From: Candidatus Latescibacterota bacterium
GTDB taxonomy: Bacteria > Latescibacterota > UBA2968
Direction of reading: 5' to 3'
Assembly: GCA_965198115.1 (NCBI GenBank)
Contig: OZ240241.1
Location: forward strand, 640,001-704,000
DNA length: 64,000 nt
Shown piece by piece: positions 26,148 through 36,092 of this stretch (positions are counted from its first letter, which is position 1; the number at the start of each line of letters is the position of its first letter). Below the pieces are notes generated by a model. That model searched no databases. It was not told where the DNA came from and worked only from the letters and a program-made list of their open reading frames with translations. The position numbers were made by a program, and so were the translations under genes.

Positions 26148-27439
26148 TGCTGAGCTTCCTGATCGAGCGCCGGGCGAGTAAAACGGCGGGTGTGGCGCTG
26201 TCACACCCGGTCTTAGCCGAATGGCTGGGCTCGGGCCCGATGAGCGCGGCGGGGCAGGCGGTGACGGTGAACACGGCGCTGCAGGCCTCGGCCGTCTATG
26301 CGTGTGTGCGCAACACGGCCGAGACGATCGCGTCGCTGCCGTGTGTGCTCAAGCGTGTCTCGCGTGACGAGGGCGGCCGCAAGCGGAGCGAGGACGCCGT
26401 CGGTCACCCGCTGTTTTCGGTGCTGCTGGAAACGCCGAACGCCTGGCAGACAGCGTTCGACTACTGGGAGATGGTGGTGGAGCACCTGGAGCTGCGCGGC
26501 AACCACTACGCGCGTGTCGTGCGCGACGGGAACGGGCAGACGGTGGCGCTAGAGCCGCTGCACCCCGACCGCGTGCGTCCCCTCTGGTCCAATGGGCGTC
26601 CGGCCTATGAAGTCCAGCCGAGGAAAGAAACAGGCAGGTCGGGGCGTGACATCCTGCTTTCCGATGAGATGTTTCACATACGGGGTCCGCTGCAGGGCGA
26701 CGGGCTTTTGGGTTCTTCGCCGATCCATATGCACCGCGAGACGATCGGACTGGCGCTGGCGGCGCGTAACTACGGCGCGCGGTTTTTTGCCAACGACGCG
26801 CGACCTTCTGGTGCGCTGACGGTGTTGGGGACGCTGGATGAAGAAGGGCACAAACGGCTGGCCCGGGAGTGGAAGGCCGCCTACGGCGGGGAGAACCGTC
26901 ACGGGACGGCCATCCTCGAAGAGGGAACGAAATATGAAAGCATCGCTATGTCGAACCAGGACGCCCAGTTCCTGGAGTTGATCGGGGCCACGGACCTGCA
27001 GATCGCGCGGCTGTTTCGGACGCCGCCCTACAAGATCGGGATCATTGAAAAGTCGACGCTCAACAACGTGGAGCAACAGAACCGGGCCTGGGTGACGGAC
27101 AAGCTGGCGCCGTTGGCTGAGCGTATCGAGGACGCCATCGCCCGGGACCTGCTGACGACGCGGGGCCGCCGCTCCCTCACGGCGCGGTTCGACTTCGCCG
27201 AACTGCTGCGGGGTGACATCAAGACGCGCACCGAAGCTAATGCCAAAAACATCCAGTGGGGCGTCCTGTCTCCCAACGACGTGCGGGAGCGCGAAGGCCT
27301 CAACCCGATCGGTCCCGAAGGCGACCTGTATGTGTCGCCGCTGAACATGCAGCCGATGGCCGCGCTCCTTTCCGCGCTGGAAGGGTCCGGCGGGTCCGGC
27401 GACGTTGAGCCTGAAGAAGAGGAGGAAGACGATGCCTGA
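26147..27439 (+). CDS. Portal protein, HK97 family
   Basis: AVYACV...IASLP, PN.WQT, L.LRGN.Y, G.SPI, FF.N.A.P.G, ILEEG, N.EQ, ND.RE.EGLNP. Confidence 0.95.
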   Translation: MLSFLIERRASKTAGVALSHPVLAEWLGSGPMSAAGQAVTVNTALQASAVYACVRNTAETIASLPCVLKRVSRDEGGRKRSEDAVGHPLFSVLLETPNAWQTAFDYWEMVVEHLELRGNHYARVVRDGNGQTVALEPLHPDRVRPLWSNGRPAYEVQPRKETGRSGRDILLSDEMFHIRGPLQGDGLLGSSPIHMHRETIGLALAARNYGARFFANDARPSGALTVLGTLDEEGHKRLAREWKAAYGGENRHGTAILEEGTKYESIAMSNQDAQFLELIGATDLQIARLFRTPPYKIGIIEKSTLNNVEQQNRAWVTDKLAPLAERIEDAIARDLLTTRGRRSLTARFDFAELLRGDIKTRTEANAKNIQWGVLSPNDVREREGLNPIGPEGDLYVSPLNMQPMAALLSALEGSGGSGDVEPEEEEEDDA

Positions 27440-28043
27440 GAGGAAGACGATGCCTGAAATGGAACGCCGATCGTTTCCCGGCGTGGAGGTGCGCGCCGAG
27501 GCCGCCGACGGCGAGGACATGCCCGCGATCGTGGGGCGCGCCGCCGTGTTCGACGCGTTGAGCGAGGAGATGTGGGGGTTCCGCGAAAGGATCGAAAAGG
27601 GGGCGTTTGCGGCCACGATCGCAGAAGACGACATCCGGGCGCTCGTCAACCACAGCCCCAACTACGTGCTGGGGCGCAACCGCTCTTCGACGCTGTCCCT
27701 GGCCGAAGACGACGACGGCCTGTCGGTGCGTATCGAGCCGCCGGATACGCGGTATACCCGCGACCTGGTGACGTCGATCGAGCGGAGCGACGTCTCGGGC
27801 ATGTCGATCGGGTTTCAGACCCTTACCGACGAATGGAACGTCGAGGATGGCGACCCGGTCAGGACGCTCAAGGCCGTGCGTCTGTTCGACGTGTCGGTGG
27901 TGACGTTCCCCGCCTATCCGCAGACCGACGTGGCGCTCAGGTCCCTTGTGGCGTTTCGGGAGCGATCGGCACGACCGATGCGATCGGTGCGGCGGGAGCT
28001 GGACCTGATGGAAGCCGGCTACGGCGTCAGGAGGGCGACGTGA
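27432..28043 (+). CDS. Prohead maturation protease, HK97 family
   Basis: G.AAVF, F.E.I..GAF, LVNH, GMSIGF, LFDVSVVTFPAYPQT; alternative starts at 27450 and 27459. Confidence 0.95.
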   Translation: MPERKTMPEMERRSFPGVEVRAEAADGEDMPAIVGRAAVFDALSEEMWGFRERIEKGAFAATIAEDDIRALVNHSPNYVLGRNRSSTLSLAEDDDGLSVRIEPPDTRYTRDLVTSIERSDVSGMSIGFQTLTDEWNVEDGDPVRTLKAVRLFDVSVVTFPAYPQTDVALRSLVAFRERSARPMRSVRRELDLMEAGYGVRRAT

Positions 28044-28199
28044 ACAGCGCGGCCCGTGGGACGGGAAGCGCGAGGTGCCGGAGGCTGTCGTGCAGGCCGC
28101 CGACATCCGGGAATGCCCCGAGCAGCTCCGTTGAGGACACATGGAAGACCATCTGCGGCAAGCCGGTATCGACAACCTGATCAAGGAAGGAGATGGAAG

Positions 28200-29432
28200 A
28201 TGAAGATAAAAGATCTGCTGGAGAAGCGGGCCCAGGTCGTGGCCGAGGCGCGAGCCATCGTCGACGGCATCGAGGCCGAGGAGAAGGAACGGGAGTTCAC
28301 CGCCGAGGAGCGGTCGAAGTATGATGCGCTGCTGGAGAAGGCCGGGCAGTTGACCGACCAGATTCAGGACGAGGAGCGTAAGCAGGAGCTCGCGCGCCAG
28401 GAGGCCGCGATCGACGCCGGAAACCCTGCCTCAGGAGGACAGCCCGAGACACGGGACCAGGCGGTGCTGCAAATGGACGGCTTCCGGTCGTGGATCACCC
28501 ACGGCATGGAAGCCGAGCGGCGCGACCCCGACGCCTTCTCCGAGTTCCGCGCGCAGTCTGTCGGTGTCGACACCGAGGGCGGGTATCTGGTCGCACCCCA
28601 GGAGTTCGTCAATGAGCTCATTCGCAACATCGACGATATGACCTACATCCGCTCCTGGGCGACCGTGCGGCGGCTGACGATGGCCACGAGCCTTGGCGTG
28701 CCCACCCTGGAATCGAGCCTCGACGATTACGCGTGGACCACGGAGATCGCGCCCGCAGCCGAAGACGAGGGTCTTCGCATCGGGAAGCGCGAGCTTCATC
28801 CGCAGCCGCTGGCGAAGCTGTTAAAGATGTCGAACCGGCTGCTCCGGCTGTCCGCCCAGGACGTCGACGGGCTGGTGCGCTCGGAGATGGCCCTCATCCT
28901 GGGCTATACCTACGAGAAGGCGTTCCTGATCGGCTCCGGCGCGAACCAGCCGCTCGGCGTGTTCACCGCGTCTTCCGACGGCATCCCGACGTCGCGCGAC
29001 GTGGCCACGGATAACACCGCTGTCGCCGTCACCACCGACGGCCTGATCGAGGCGAAGTTCGCGCTCAAGGCCGGCCACCGGCGCAACGCCCGCTGGCTGT
29101 TCCACAGAGACGCCATCAAGATGATCGCCAAGCTCAAGGACTCCGACGCCCAGTATATCTGGTCCGGGGCGGTGCGCGAGGGCGAGCCCGACAGGCTGCT
29201 GGGGCTGCCCTACTTCGAGAGCGAGTTCGCGCCCAACACGTTCACCACCGGACTCTACGTCGGCATCCTCGGCGACTTTTCCTACTACTGGATTGCCGAG
29301 GAAGCCTCGCTCCAGATCCAGCGCCTGAGCGAGCTGTTCGCCCGCACCGACCAGACCGGTCTCATCGCGCGCCCCTACATTGACGCCATGCCGGTGCTCG
29401 CCGAGGCGTTCGTGCGCGTCAAACTCAGCTGA
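28200..29432 (+). CDS. Major capsid protein, HK97 fold
   Basis: N-terminal coiled-coil delta domain, GGYLV.PQEF, F..GSG.NQP.G, LKDSD.QY.W, GDFS.Y. Confidence 0.95.
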   Translation: MKIKDLLEKRAQVVAEARAIVDGIEAEEKEREFTAEERSKYDALLEKAGQLTDQIQDEERKQELARQEAAIDAGNPASGGQPETRDQAVLQMDGFRSWITHGMEAERRDPDAFSEFRAQSVGVDTEGGYLVAPQEFVNELIRNIDDMTYIRSWATVRRLTMATSLGVPTLESSLDDYAWTTEIAPAAEDEGLRIGKRELHPQPLAKLLKMSNRLLRLSAQDVDGLVRSEMALILGYTYEKAFLIGSGANQPLGVFTASSDGIPTSRDVATDNTAVAVTTDGLIEAKFALKAGHRRNARWLFHRDAIKMIAKLKDSDAQYIWSGAVREGEPDRLLGLPYFESEFAPNTFTTGLYVGILGDFSYYWIAEEASLQIQRLSELFARTDQTGLIARPYIDAMPVLAEAFVRVKLS

Positions 29433-29503
29433 GCTGACACGGCACGCGACGGTCAAGGCGGCCCGATGAAGGCACAACCTGAAAGAAACGACAGGAGAAA
29501 ACT

Positions 29504-29950
29504 ATGGAATCTCTTTTGCGCAGCACCCTCGTCACCCGCGTCAAAGACGCGGTCACGGCGGGAGTGACGAAAGTCAGCGACGCCACCGTCGTCGACATGC
29601 AGAACTACGAAGGCGTGATGTTCATCGCCCTGTTCGGGACGCTGACGGCCAACCAGGTCACGTCCATCCACGCCGAGCAGGGCAAGACGGCGGCCCTGAC
29701 CGACAAAAACGACCTGGAGGGCACCCTGGTCGGGCCTCTGGCTGACGCCGACGACAACAAGCTGCTGATCCTCGACGTCAAGAACCCGACAGAGCGCTAC
29801 GTGCGTCTGGTCGTGAACCGCAAGACCGCCAACGCCGTCGTCGACGGCATCATCGCCATCCAGTATGGGCCGCGCAAGAAACCGACGAAACAGGGCACGA
29901 CCGTCGGGGTGGCCGAAGTGCACACGGGGCCCGATGAAGGCACAGCCTAA
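29504..29950 (+). CDS. Putative head decoration/structural protein
   Basis: AGGAG RBS; VDMQNYEGV.F...RYVRLVV; directly after the capsid gene. Confidence 0.6.
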   Translation: MESLLRSTLVTRVKDAVTAGVTKVSDATVVDMQNYEGVMFIALFGTLTANQVTSIHAEQGKTAALTDKNDLEGTLVGPLADADDNKLLILDVKNPTERYVRLVVNRKTANAVVDGIIAIQYGPRKKPTKQGTTVGVAEVHTGPDEGTA

Positions 29951-29962
29951 AAGGAGCTGACG

Positions 29963-30196
29963 ATGCGAATCAAAATGCTGGCGCACATGGCCGGCCCCGA
30001 GGTGTCCGCCCACGCCGGAGATGAGGTCGACGTGGACGACAAACAGGCCACCGCCCTCATCTCCGGCGGCTATGCCCAGGCCGTGAAAGTCTCGGCCGAG
30101 CAGGCGACGACCGGACCGGAAGAAAAGGCTGTGGATCCGCCGGAAGGCCCGGCGGTGAAAGCCAAGCCGCGCAAGAGGCGAACCCGACGCTCGTAA
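29963..30196 (+). CDS. Small head-associated protein
   Basis: MRIKML..MAGP....AGD.VDV....A..LI..GYA; AAGGAG RBS. Confidence 0.65.
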   Translation: MRIKMLAHMAGPEVSAHAGDEVDVDDKQATALISGGYAQAVKVSAEQATTGPEEKAVDPPEGPAVKAKPRKRRTRRS

Positions 30197-30199
30197 AGG

Positions 30200-30790
30200 A
30201 TGCCGCTGCGCTACGCCCTCACGCAGGTCACGCCGCCTGCTCGTCCCCCGCTCGAGCGGGATAAGGCGAAGGTCCACCTCAACGTCGACACGGACGATCA
30301 GGACGAAGACGCCCTGATCGACGCCCTGATCCAGGCGGCGCGGCGTCAGGCCGAGGTGTTTACGGGCAGGTCCCTGATCACGCAGACCTGGGAGATGAGG
30401 CTCGACACCTTCCCGGCGTGGGAGATCGAGGTGCCGCGGCCGCCGCTTCTGTCCGTCGAGGGCATCGTCTACGTAGACGCCCTCGGGAAGGAAAAGACCT
30501 TGCCCGCCACGGCATACCGCGTGGATGGCAAAAGCGCGCCCGCACGCATCACGCCGGCCTACGGAGAAACCTGGCCCGCCGCGCAGCCCGTGACCGGCGC
30601 CGTGGTCGTGACCTTCAAGGCCGGCTACGGCGACGCTCCCGACGATGTGCCCGAGGACATCCGCCAAGCGATGCTGCTGATGGTCGGGCGGTGGTACAGA
30701 TACCGCGAGGACCTCGTCGACGCGCCAATGGCCAAGGTGCCGTTCGGAGCTGAGAGCCTTCTGCGCCCCTACAGGATCTGGAGGGTGTAG
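30200..30790 (+). CDS. Head-tail connector (gp6-like adaptor)
   Basis: AK.HL.VD...ED.LI..LI.AAR...E..TGR.LITQTW...AGYG...VP.DI.QA.L..V..WY..RE. Confidence 0.9.
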   Translation: MPLRYALTQVTPPARPPLERDKAKVHLNVDTDDQDEDALIDALIQAARRQAEVFTGRSLITQTWEMRLDTFPAWEIEVPRPPLLSVEGIVYVDALGKEKTLPATAYRVDGKSAPARITPAYGETWPAAQPVTGAVVVTFKAGYGDAPDDVPEDIRQAMLLMVGRWYRYREDLVDAPMAKVPFGAESLLRPYRIWRV

Positions 30791-31108
30791 ATGAAGCTCG
30801 CAGCCGGCAGTTTTGACAGGAAGATCACGCTGCAGACAAGGCGGGTCCCCGACCCACACGGCGCGCCTGTCGAGGTGTGGGTCGACTTGGCAACCGTGCG
30901 AGCGCAGGTCGTCCAGCGGTCCGGGCGCGAGTTCTTTGGCACCGATCAGCTGCAGGCCGAGGCCCGCGTCATCTTTCGCATAAGGTGGAGGCGCGGCGTC
31001 ACGGCACAAGACCGCGTCGTCTACGACGGCCGCGCGCACGACATCCACGCGGTGATCGAAACCGGCCGCAAGGACGGCCTGGAGCTCTACACCACAACGA
31101 CAGGATGA
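30791..31108 (+). CDS. Head closure/stopper protein (SPP1 gp16-like)
   Basis: AG..DRKITLQ...W.D.ATV.A.V...SGRE...FRIRWR. Confidence 0.88.
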   Translation: MKLAAGSFDRKITLQTRRVPDPHGAPVEVWVDLATVRAQVVQRSGREFFGTDQLQAEARVIFRIRWRRGVTAQDRVVYDGRAHDIHAVIETGRKDGLELYTTTTG

Positions 31109-31551
31109 CGATGAAGCGCGACCCCCACCTCTTAAGGTGGCTGCTGCTGGAATCCGAAAAACACGACGGCCCGTTCCTGTCCTCCGAGCTGTCGCATCAA
31201 TCACATCGGTCGCTCGACGGCTACGTCCCGGACGCTCCGGGGGCTCCGGTCGCACCGGCGCAGATTGCGGGCCACGCCCGGCTGCTCTCCGATGCCGGCT
31301 TTCTCGACGGCGCCGACGCCGCGACGATGGGGGGCGACGACTTCCTGATCCGGCGCGTGACGTTTTCCGGATACAACTTCCTCGACGCCGTTCGCGACGA
31401 GAGAACGTGGCGGGAGACCTGCGACAGGATCAAAGCGGCCGGAGGGTCCGGTCCCTCCGGAGGAGGGTTCGACGTAGATCTGATCAAGGACGTAGCCGCC
31501 CTGATCGTCAGGGAAAACCTCGGGTTGGCAGGCGATGGCAACGAAGGTTGA
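31105..31551 (+). CDS. DUF2513 family protein
   Basis: MKRD..LLR.LLL..E...H..LL.DAGF...T..G..FLDAVRD...W. Confidence 0.8.
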   Translation: MTMKRDPHLLRWLLLESEKHDGPFLSSELSHQSHRSLDGYVPDAPGAPVAPAQIAGHARLLSDAGFLDGADAATMGGDDFLIRRVTFSGYNFLDAVRDERTWRETCDRIKAAGGSGPSGGGFDVDLIKDVAALIVRENLGLAGDGNEG

Positions 31552-31945
31552 CCAAGAGATCGAGGATCGGCTGACAAACTTCGCAGGGCTGACCGCGCTG
31601 GCCCAGCACATCCGCTGGGGCCGGCTCGCCCAGGATGACGTCCTGCCCGCCGTGGTCCTCCAGTGGACGGGTGGCGGCTACCGCGACCGGGCGATGGGAA
31701 CGGACACGGGCGACGTGCGGGCGCGCCTGCAAGCCAGCTGCTGGGCCGAACGGTATGACGTCGTCGTCCGCGTCGCCGAGCAGGTGCGTCTGGCGCTCAC
31801 ACGCTTTCCGGTGCGCGACGCCGCCTACGCCGGCGACGTCCAGGACGTCTATCTCGACAACGAGATCGATCTCTATGAAGAAGACACAGAAACCTACCAC
31901 CGCGCCCTCGACTTCGAGGTCGTGTATACGGAGACACCGGCATGA
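31535..31945 (+). CDS. Tail terminator (DUF3168-like)
   Basis: LPAVV...RLQ.SCWA..Y....VA..VR.AL...DF.V.Y. Confidence 0.8.
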   Translation: MATKVDQEIEDRLTNFAGLTALAQHIRWGRLAQDDVLPAVVLQWTGGGYRDRAMGTDTGDVRARLQASCWAERYDVVVRVAEQVRLALTRFPVRDAAYAGDVQDVYLDNEIDLYEEDTETYHRALDFEVVYTETPA

Positions 31946-32661
31946 TCGCGCGTGACCAGAACGTGTGGCTCGGCGGCTACGACCTCACCGGCGTGATGAA
32001 CGCCCTGGCCCTCGAGCTGGCCCTGGAGACCCACGACAAGACCGTTTTCGGCAACAAGACGCGAGAAAGCGCCGCCGGCCTGAAAACCATCCGCGCCGAG
32101 CACGAAGGCTACTTCGATGCGGAAAAAGCCGACGAGGCGCTATTCTCGGCCATCGGCCTGTCCGGCGAGGTGATGACCGTGGCCGTCGAAGACGGCGACG
32201 AAGGCGACGTTGCCTACACCTTCCCCGCCGCCGTGGCCCAGTACAACCCCGGCGGTTCCGTCGGTGATCTGCTGGCTTTCTCCGTGTCGGCAGAAGCTTC
32301 CGGCGACGATGCGAACATCGTCCGCGGCACGGTCTTCCACAACGGAAGAAAAACGGCCTCCGACAGCGGAACGAGCCACGAGCTGGGCACCGTCGCCGCA
32401 GGAGGGTCCCTCTTCGCAGCGCTCCACGTCGTGGAGATATCCGGTACGCAACAGCCGAAGCTTGACGTCGTCGTAGAATCCGGCGCCACAGCAACCATCA
32501 GGGCGCCGGTGGCGCGCGCCACGTTCGAGAGCGCAGATAAACCCGGCAGCCAGTGGAAAAGGACACAAGGACCGATACCGCACCGCCACTACCGCGTCAC
32601 GTGGAGGCTGAGGGGCACGACGCCCGCGGCCACCTTCGTCGTCGTCGCAGGCGTCGCCTGA
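31942..32661 (+). CDS. Tail-tube-like protein with extra C-terminal domain
   Basis: N-terminal half aligns by eye with 32699-33103 (G.DL, D.TV.G..TR....GLKT). Confidence 0.65.
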   Translation: MIARDQNVWLGGYDLTGVMNALALELALETHDKTVFGNKTRESAAGLKTIRAEHEGYFDAEKADEALFSAIGLSGEVMTVAVEDGDEGDVAYTFPAAVAQYNPGGSVGDLLAFSVSAEASGDDANIVRGTVFHNGRKTASDSGTSHELGTVAAGGSLFAALHVVEISGTQQPKLDVVVESGATATIRAPVARATFESADKPGSQWKRTQGPIPHRHYRVTWRLRGTTPAATFVVVAGVA

Positions 32662-32698
32662 ACCAGGCATCGCGTAAACCCTCAAAGGAGGAAAAACG

Positions 32699-33103
32699 AT
32701 GATCTTGAAAAACGCCTTCGTCTCGGTCAACGGCGTCGACCTGTCCGACCACATCCAGGAAGTCAACCTGGAGATGGGCCGCGAGGGGCAGGACGACACC
32801 GTCATGGGACACAACACCCGAACGATGGAGTCAGGCCTCAAGACCTGGTCGCTGTCGATGACGTTCAAGCAAAACTACGACGCCGCCAAGGTCGACGTCA
32901 CGCTCTTTACCGTCTACGACGCCGGCGCCGCCGTCGCCGTCGCGGTGCGCCCCGACCAAGGCGTGAAAGCGGCCACCAACCCCGAATTCTCGGGACAGGC
33001 CATCCTCGAAAGCTATACGCCGCTGGGACAGGCCATCGGCGACTTTGCCACCGCCCCCTGCTCATTCACGGCCGCAGGCGACCTCACGCGCAGCACAGCG
33101 TAA
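32699..33103 (+). CDS. Major tail tube protein
   Basis: AAGGAGG RBS; NGVDLSDH...GLK.WS...ATNP.FSG; upstream of the chaperones. Confidence 0.8.
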   Translation: MILKNAFVSVNGVDLSDHIQEVNLEMGREGQDDTVMGHNTRTMESGLKTWSLSMTFKQNYDAAKVDVTLFTVYDAGAAVAVAVRPDQGVKAATNPEFSGQAILESYTPLGQAIGDFATAPCSFTAAGDLTRSTA

Positions 33104-33115
33104 AGGAGAAAAACG

Positions 33116-33523
33116 ATGGACGAAGAAGGGACCGGCAAGACACAGAACGGGAAGTCCGACGTAACCATCCTGGACGCGGCAGCGCTCCTTTCGAGGAGAC
33201 GCGAGCTCAGGCGCGTCGGCGTGCCCGAGCCCGCCGAATCCGGAAAGTCCGGCGCCGTCGTCTACGTGCGCGAGCTGAGTGTCGGGGAGCGCGACGCCTT
33301 CGAGAGCGACCTCTACGGCGAGGACGGCGACCGCGCCCACACCAGGTCCGCCCTCCTCGTCCGCGCCCTGTGCGATGAAAACGGCAACAGGCTGTTCACC
33401 GACGACCAGGTGCAGGAGCTGGCCGACAGCCTGCCCGGGTGCGTCGGCGTGCGCCTCTTCGATCAGGCGTGCGAGATCAACGGCGTCGGACAAAGCGAGG
33501 TCGAAGAACTCGAAAAAAACTGA
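33116..33523 (+). CDS. Tail assembly chaperone (gpG-like)
   Basis: VYVRELS..ERDAFE...LCDENGNRLF; ends EKN at a slippery site. Confidence 0.85.
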   Translation: MDEEGTGKTQNGKSDVTILDAAALLSRRRELRRVGVPEPAESGKSGAVVYVRELSVGERDAFESDLYGEDGDRAHTRSALLVRALCDENGNRLFTDDQVQELADSLPGCVGVRLFDQACEINGVGQSEVEELEKN

Positions 33524-33720
33524 TACGCCGCCCGCAGCGGCGGCTGCTGTTCTCGCTGGCGAGGGACCTCGGAAAGACCGTAGAAGAGATCGAGACGACC
33601 ATGGGATCAAAAGAACTGGCCGAGTGGGCCGCTCTTTTACGAATCGAAGCCAGCGAGCGGGAAGAGGACAACCGCCGCCGCGCCATCGAAAACCGGGTCG
33701 CGACGAGGATGAGGCGATGA
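33514..33720 (+). CDS. -1 frameshift extension of the chaperone (gpGT-like)
   Basis: A-AAA-AAC at 33514-33520; -1 frame reads LFSLARDLGKTVEEI...M.S.EL.EW.A. Confidence 0.8.
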   Translation, partial: KKLIRRPQRRLLFSLARDLGKTVEEIETTMGSKELAEWAALLRIEASEREEDNRRRAIENRVATRMRR

Positions 33721-34157
33721 TCACCATCAAGATGACGGGAATCCAGGACGCTAAGCGCGCCCTGCGCGCCCTCGGGCCCGCCATACAAAAGAACGTCATC
33801 ACCAAAGCCACGCGCACGGCTGCCACTGTTATCGCACAGGAGGTCAGGCGGACCGCGCCGCGAAACACGGGCAAGCTCAAACGCCTCATCCGGACGAGTA
33901 AAGCCTCACGAAGCGGGCCCCAGCGGAGGCTCAACATCGTCGTCCGGTCAGGCGACGTCGTCTACGTCGTTTACCCCGACGCCGACGCCTTCTACGCCCT
34001 GTTTCTCGAATACGGCACGTCAAAAACTCCGGCGCGCCCTTTCATGCGGCCGGCCTTCGACCAAAGCGTGGGTGAGGCTATCGCCCGCTTCCAGGAGCGC
34101 GTGATCGCAGGCGTCATCATCGAAGCCCAAAAGATCGCGAAACGAAAGGCAGCGTAG
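33717..34157 (+). CDS. HK97 gp10-like tail completion protein
   Basis: AP.NTGKLKR.I...AFYA.FLEYGTSK.PARPFMRPAFD. Confidence 0.9.
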   Translation: MITIKMTGIQDAKRALRALGPAIQKNVITKATRTAATVIAQEVRRTAPRNTGKLKRLIRTSKASRSGPQRRLNIVVRSGDVVYVVYPDADAFYALFLEYGTSKTPARPFMRPAFDQSVGEAIARFQERVIAGVIIEAQKIAKRKAA

Positions 34158-36089
34158 ATGCCCACCGTAGCCGAAGTGAACATGGAGGTCGGCGCGAACC
34201 ACGCCCGCATAAAAAAAGACCTCGACAAAGCCGGTCAAACGATCGAGCTGTTCGGCAAAAAAAGTGACAGGGTCAGCCGAAGGGTCGGCAAACAGAACAA
34301 CGCCCTCAGGCACTCGTTCGGCAACCTCGGCCACCAGGTGCAGGATGTCGCCGTCCAGATGGAGGCGGGCACCAACGCCATGCGCGTCTTCACGCAGCAG
34401 GGCTCGCAGATAGCCTCGGCCTTCGGACCGTCGGGTGCCATCATCGGCGCCTTCCTGGCCGTGGGCGGGGCCCTGGCTGGGGCACTCATCCCGGCCCTCG
34501 TCGCAGGCAAGAAAAAGGCCGAGGCCCTCGAAAAAGCCAACAGGGCGCTGAGCGAGAGTTTTGAAATCTCCCACGGCAAGATCGTCGCCCTCTCCAACGA
34601 TCTGCGCGCCCTCGCCGTCGTCGACAAGGACCTGGCGAAGCTGAATTTCGCAGTCCTCATAGGACAAGGCGCCACGGCCGCCGAAGGGCAGGTCAAGGCG
34701 TTCAGGAAGACCCTGGACACCGAGATCAGCGGCATCTCCACAGAAATCGGAGAGCTTCACCGCCTCGAGTCCACCGAGAGGAGAACGGGACGCGGCGCGG
34801 TTATGGCAGCCAACCGCCGGAGGGCGGCCGAGAGGAGCATCGCCGCCATCGCCGAAAAATACGGGCTGGCCAGAGAGGCAGCGGAGAGGTTCGTCAAGGC
34901 GGCCGGAGCCTTTCAGACGGACAAGAGCGTCGAGAGCGCCGAGGCGCTGCGAAAGACCCTCGTGGAAATCGGCACAGCGGGGAACAAGGACTTGGACGAC
35001 CTCGCCCTGAAGCTCGAAGGGTCGATCGCGGGGTTCCTGTTAAGCCACGACCAGGTGAAAGGCCTCAAGACCGACCTCGCCGGCATCGACAGCCTGATGA
35101 CTGACCAGACCAAGGCCGTGATCGAGGCATTAGAAGAGGAGATGGCCACACGGAGGATGGCGGGCGAGGCGCTGGCCGTCCACACCGCCCTTAAGAAACT
35201 CGATGCTGGTGCCTCGGAGAAGCAGAAGACAAAGGTCGAGGATCTGGCCAGAGCCAACTTCAAAGCAGCGGAGGTGGCGAAGAAAAAGGCAGAAGCCGAA
35301 AAAGAGGCCCAGAAACAAGCGCAGCAAGCCGCGCGCGAACAACAGCAACGGCTCAAGGCCGAGGAACGCAGACACCAGCAGTTCGTCACAGCCCTGGAGA
35401 AGAGCGCCGAGCAGATGTTCGCGGCCACACGCACGCCGGTCGAGGCCTACCGCCTCGAGCTCGAGCGTCTCGCCGCGCTCGAGCAGCAGTTCAAAGACAA
35501 CAAGATCGCGTTCGACGCCGACACTTTTGCCCGCGCTCAGGGGCAGGCCCGCGGCCGGCTGGCCGAACAGCTGGAGGGGGCCAAGGACAAGATCGTGGAC
35601 TTCCGCTCCGCGTTCGAGCAGGCGTTCGACTTCTCCCAGCCCCTGGATGAGCTTGCGCTTGGCTTCGGGAGGACGATCGCGCGCATGCTCCAGCAGGCTG
35701 TGGCCGCCGACTTCGCCAACGCCCTCTTCGGGGGAAGCGGAATTTTTGGCGCGTCCAGAAAGACGGCGGGCGCCATTGAGCCCCTCACGAGCATCGCTCG
35801 CATTCCGAAGTTCGCCGCCGGAGGCCCCGTGGCGGCGAACCGGCCCCATCTTGTCGGCGAGCTCGGGAAAGAGCTGTTCGTCCCACACAGCTCAGGGACG
35901 ATCGTTCCCAACCGCCTCCTTGCCGACCGCGGCCCTTCTTCTCCCGTGACGGTCACGCTTGTCCAGAACGTCGAAGCCGGCGTCAACGAGGCCGCCGTGC
36001 ACGAGGCGCTGGCCGCCTCTTTGCCCGCTTTCCGGTCCACCCTGATCAACGACACCATCCGGGCCCTCGAGCGGCGGCGGAGAACGTAA
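34158..36089 (+). CDS. Tape measure protein
   Basis: 643 aa, QVQDVAVQ...QQGSQ, long Ala/Glu/Lys helices, C-terminal FA.GG.V...LVGE.G.ELFVP..SG.IVPN. Confidence 0.92.
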   Translation: MPTVAEVNMEVGANHARIKKDLDKAGQTIELFGKKSDRVSRRVGKQNNALRHSFGNLGHQVQDVAVQMEAGTNAMRVFTQQGSQIASAFGPSGAIIGAFLAVGGALAGALIPALVAGKKKAEALEKANRALSESFEISHGKIVALSNDLRALAVVDKDLAKLNFAVLIGQGATAAEGQVKAFRKTLDTEISGISTEIGELHRLESTERRTGRGAVMAANRRRAAERSIAAIAEKYGLAREAAERFVKAAGAFQTDKSVESAEALRKTLVEIGTAGNKDLDDLALKLEGSIAGFLLSHDQVKGLKTDLAGIDSLMTDQTKAVIEALEEEMATRRMAGEALAVHTALKKLDAGASEKQKTKVEDLARANFKAAEVAKKKAEAEKEAQKQAQQAAREQQQRLKAEERRHQQFVTALEKSAEQMFAATRTPVEAYRLELERLAALEQQFKDNKIAFDADTFARAQGQARGRLAEQLEGAKDKIVDFRSAFEQAFDFSQPLDELALGFGRTIARMLQQAVAADFANALFGGSGIFGASRKTAGAIEPLTSIARIPKFAAGGPVAANRPHLVGELGKELFVPHSSGTIVPNRLLADRGPSSPVTVTLVQNVEAGVNEAAVHEALAASLPAFRSTLINDTIRALERRRRT

Positions 36090-36092
36090 GAT

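Noticed and set aside
23828-31255. Long antisense ORFs (e.g. 23828-25861, 26549-27661, 29453-31255)
   Set aside because: Shadow frames of GC-rich, well-supported plus-strand phage genes; Arg/Pro-rich with no motifs.
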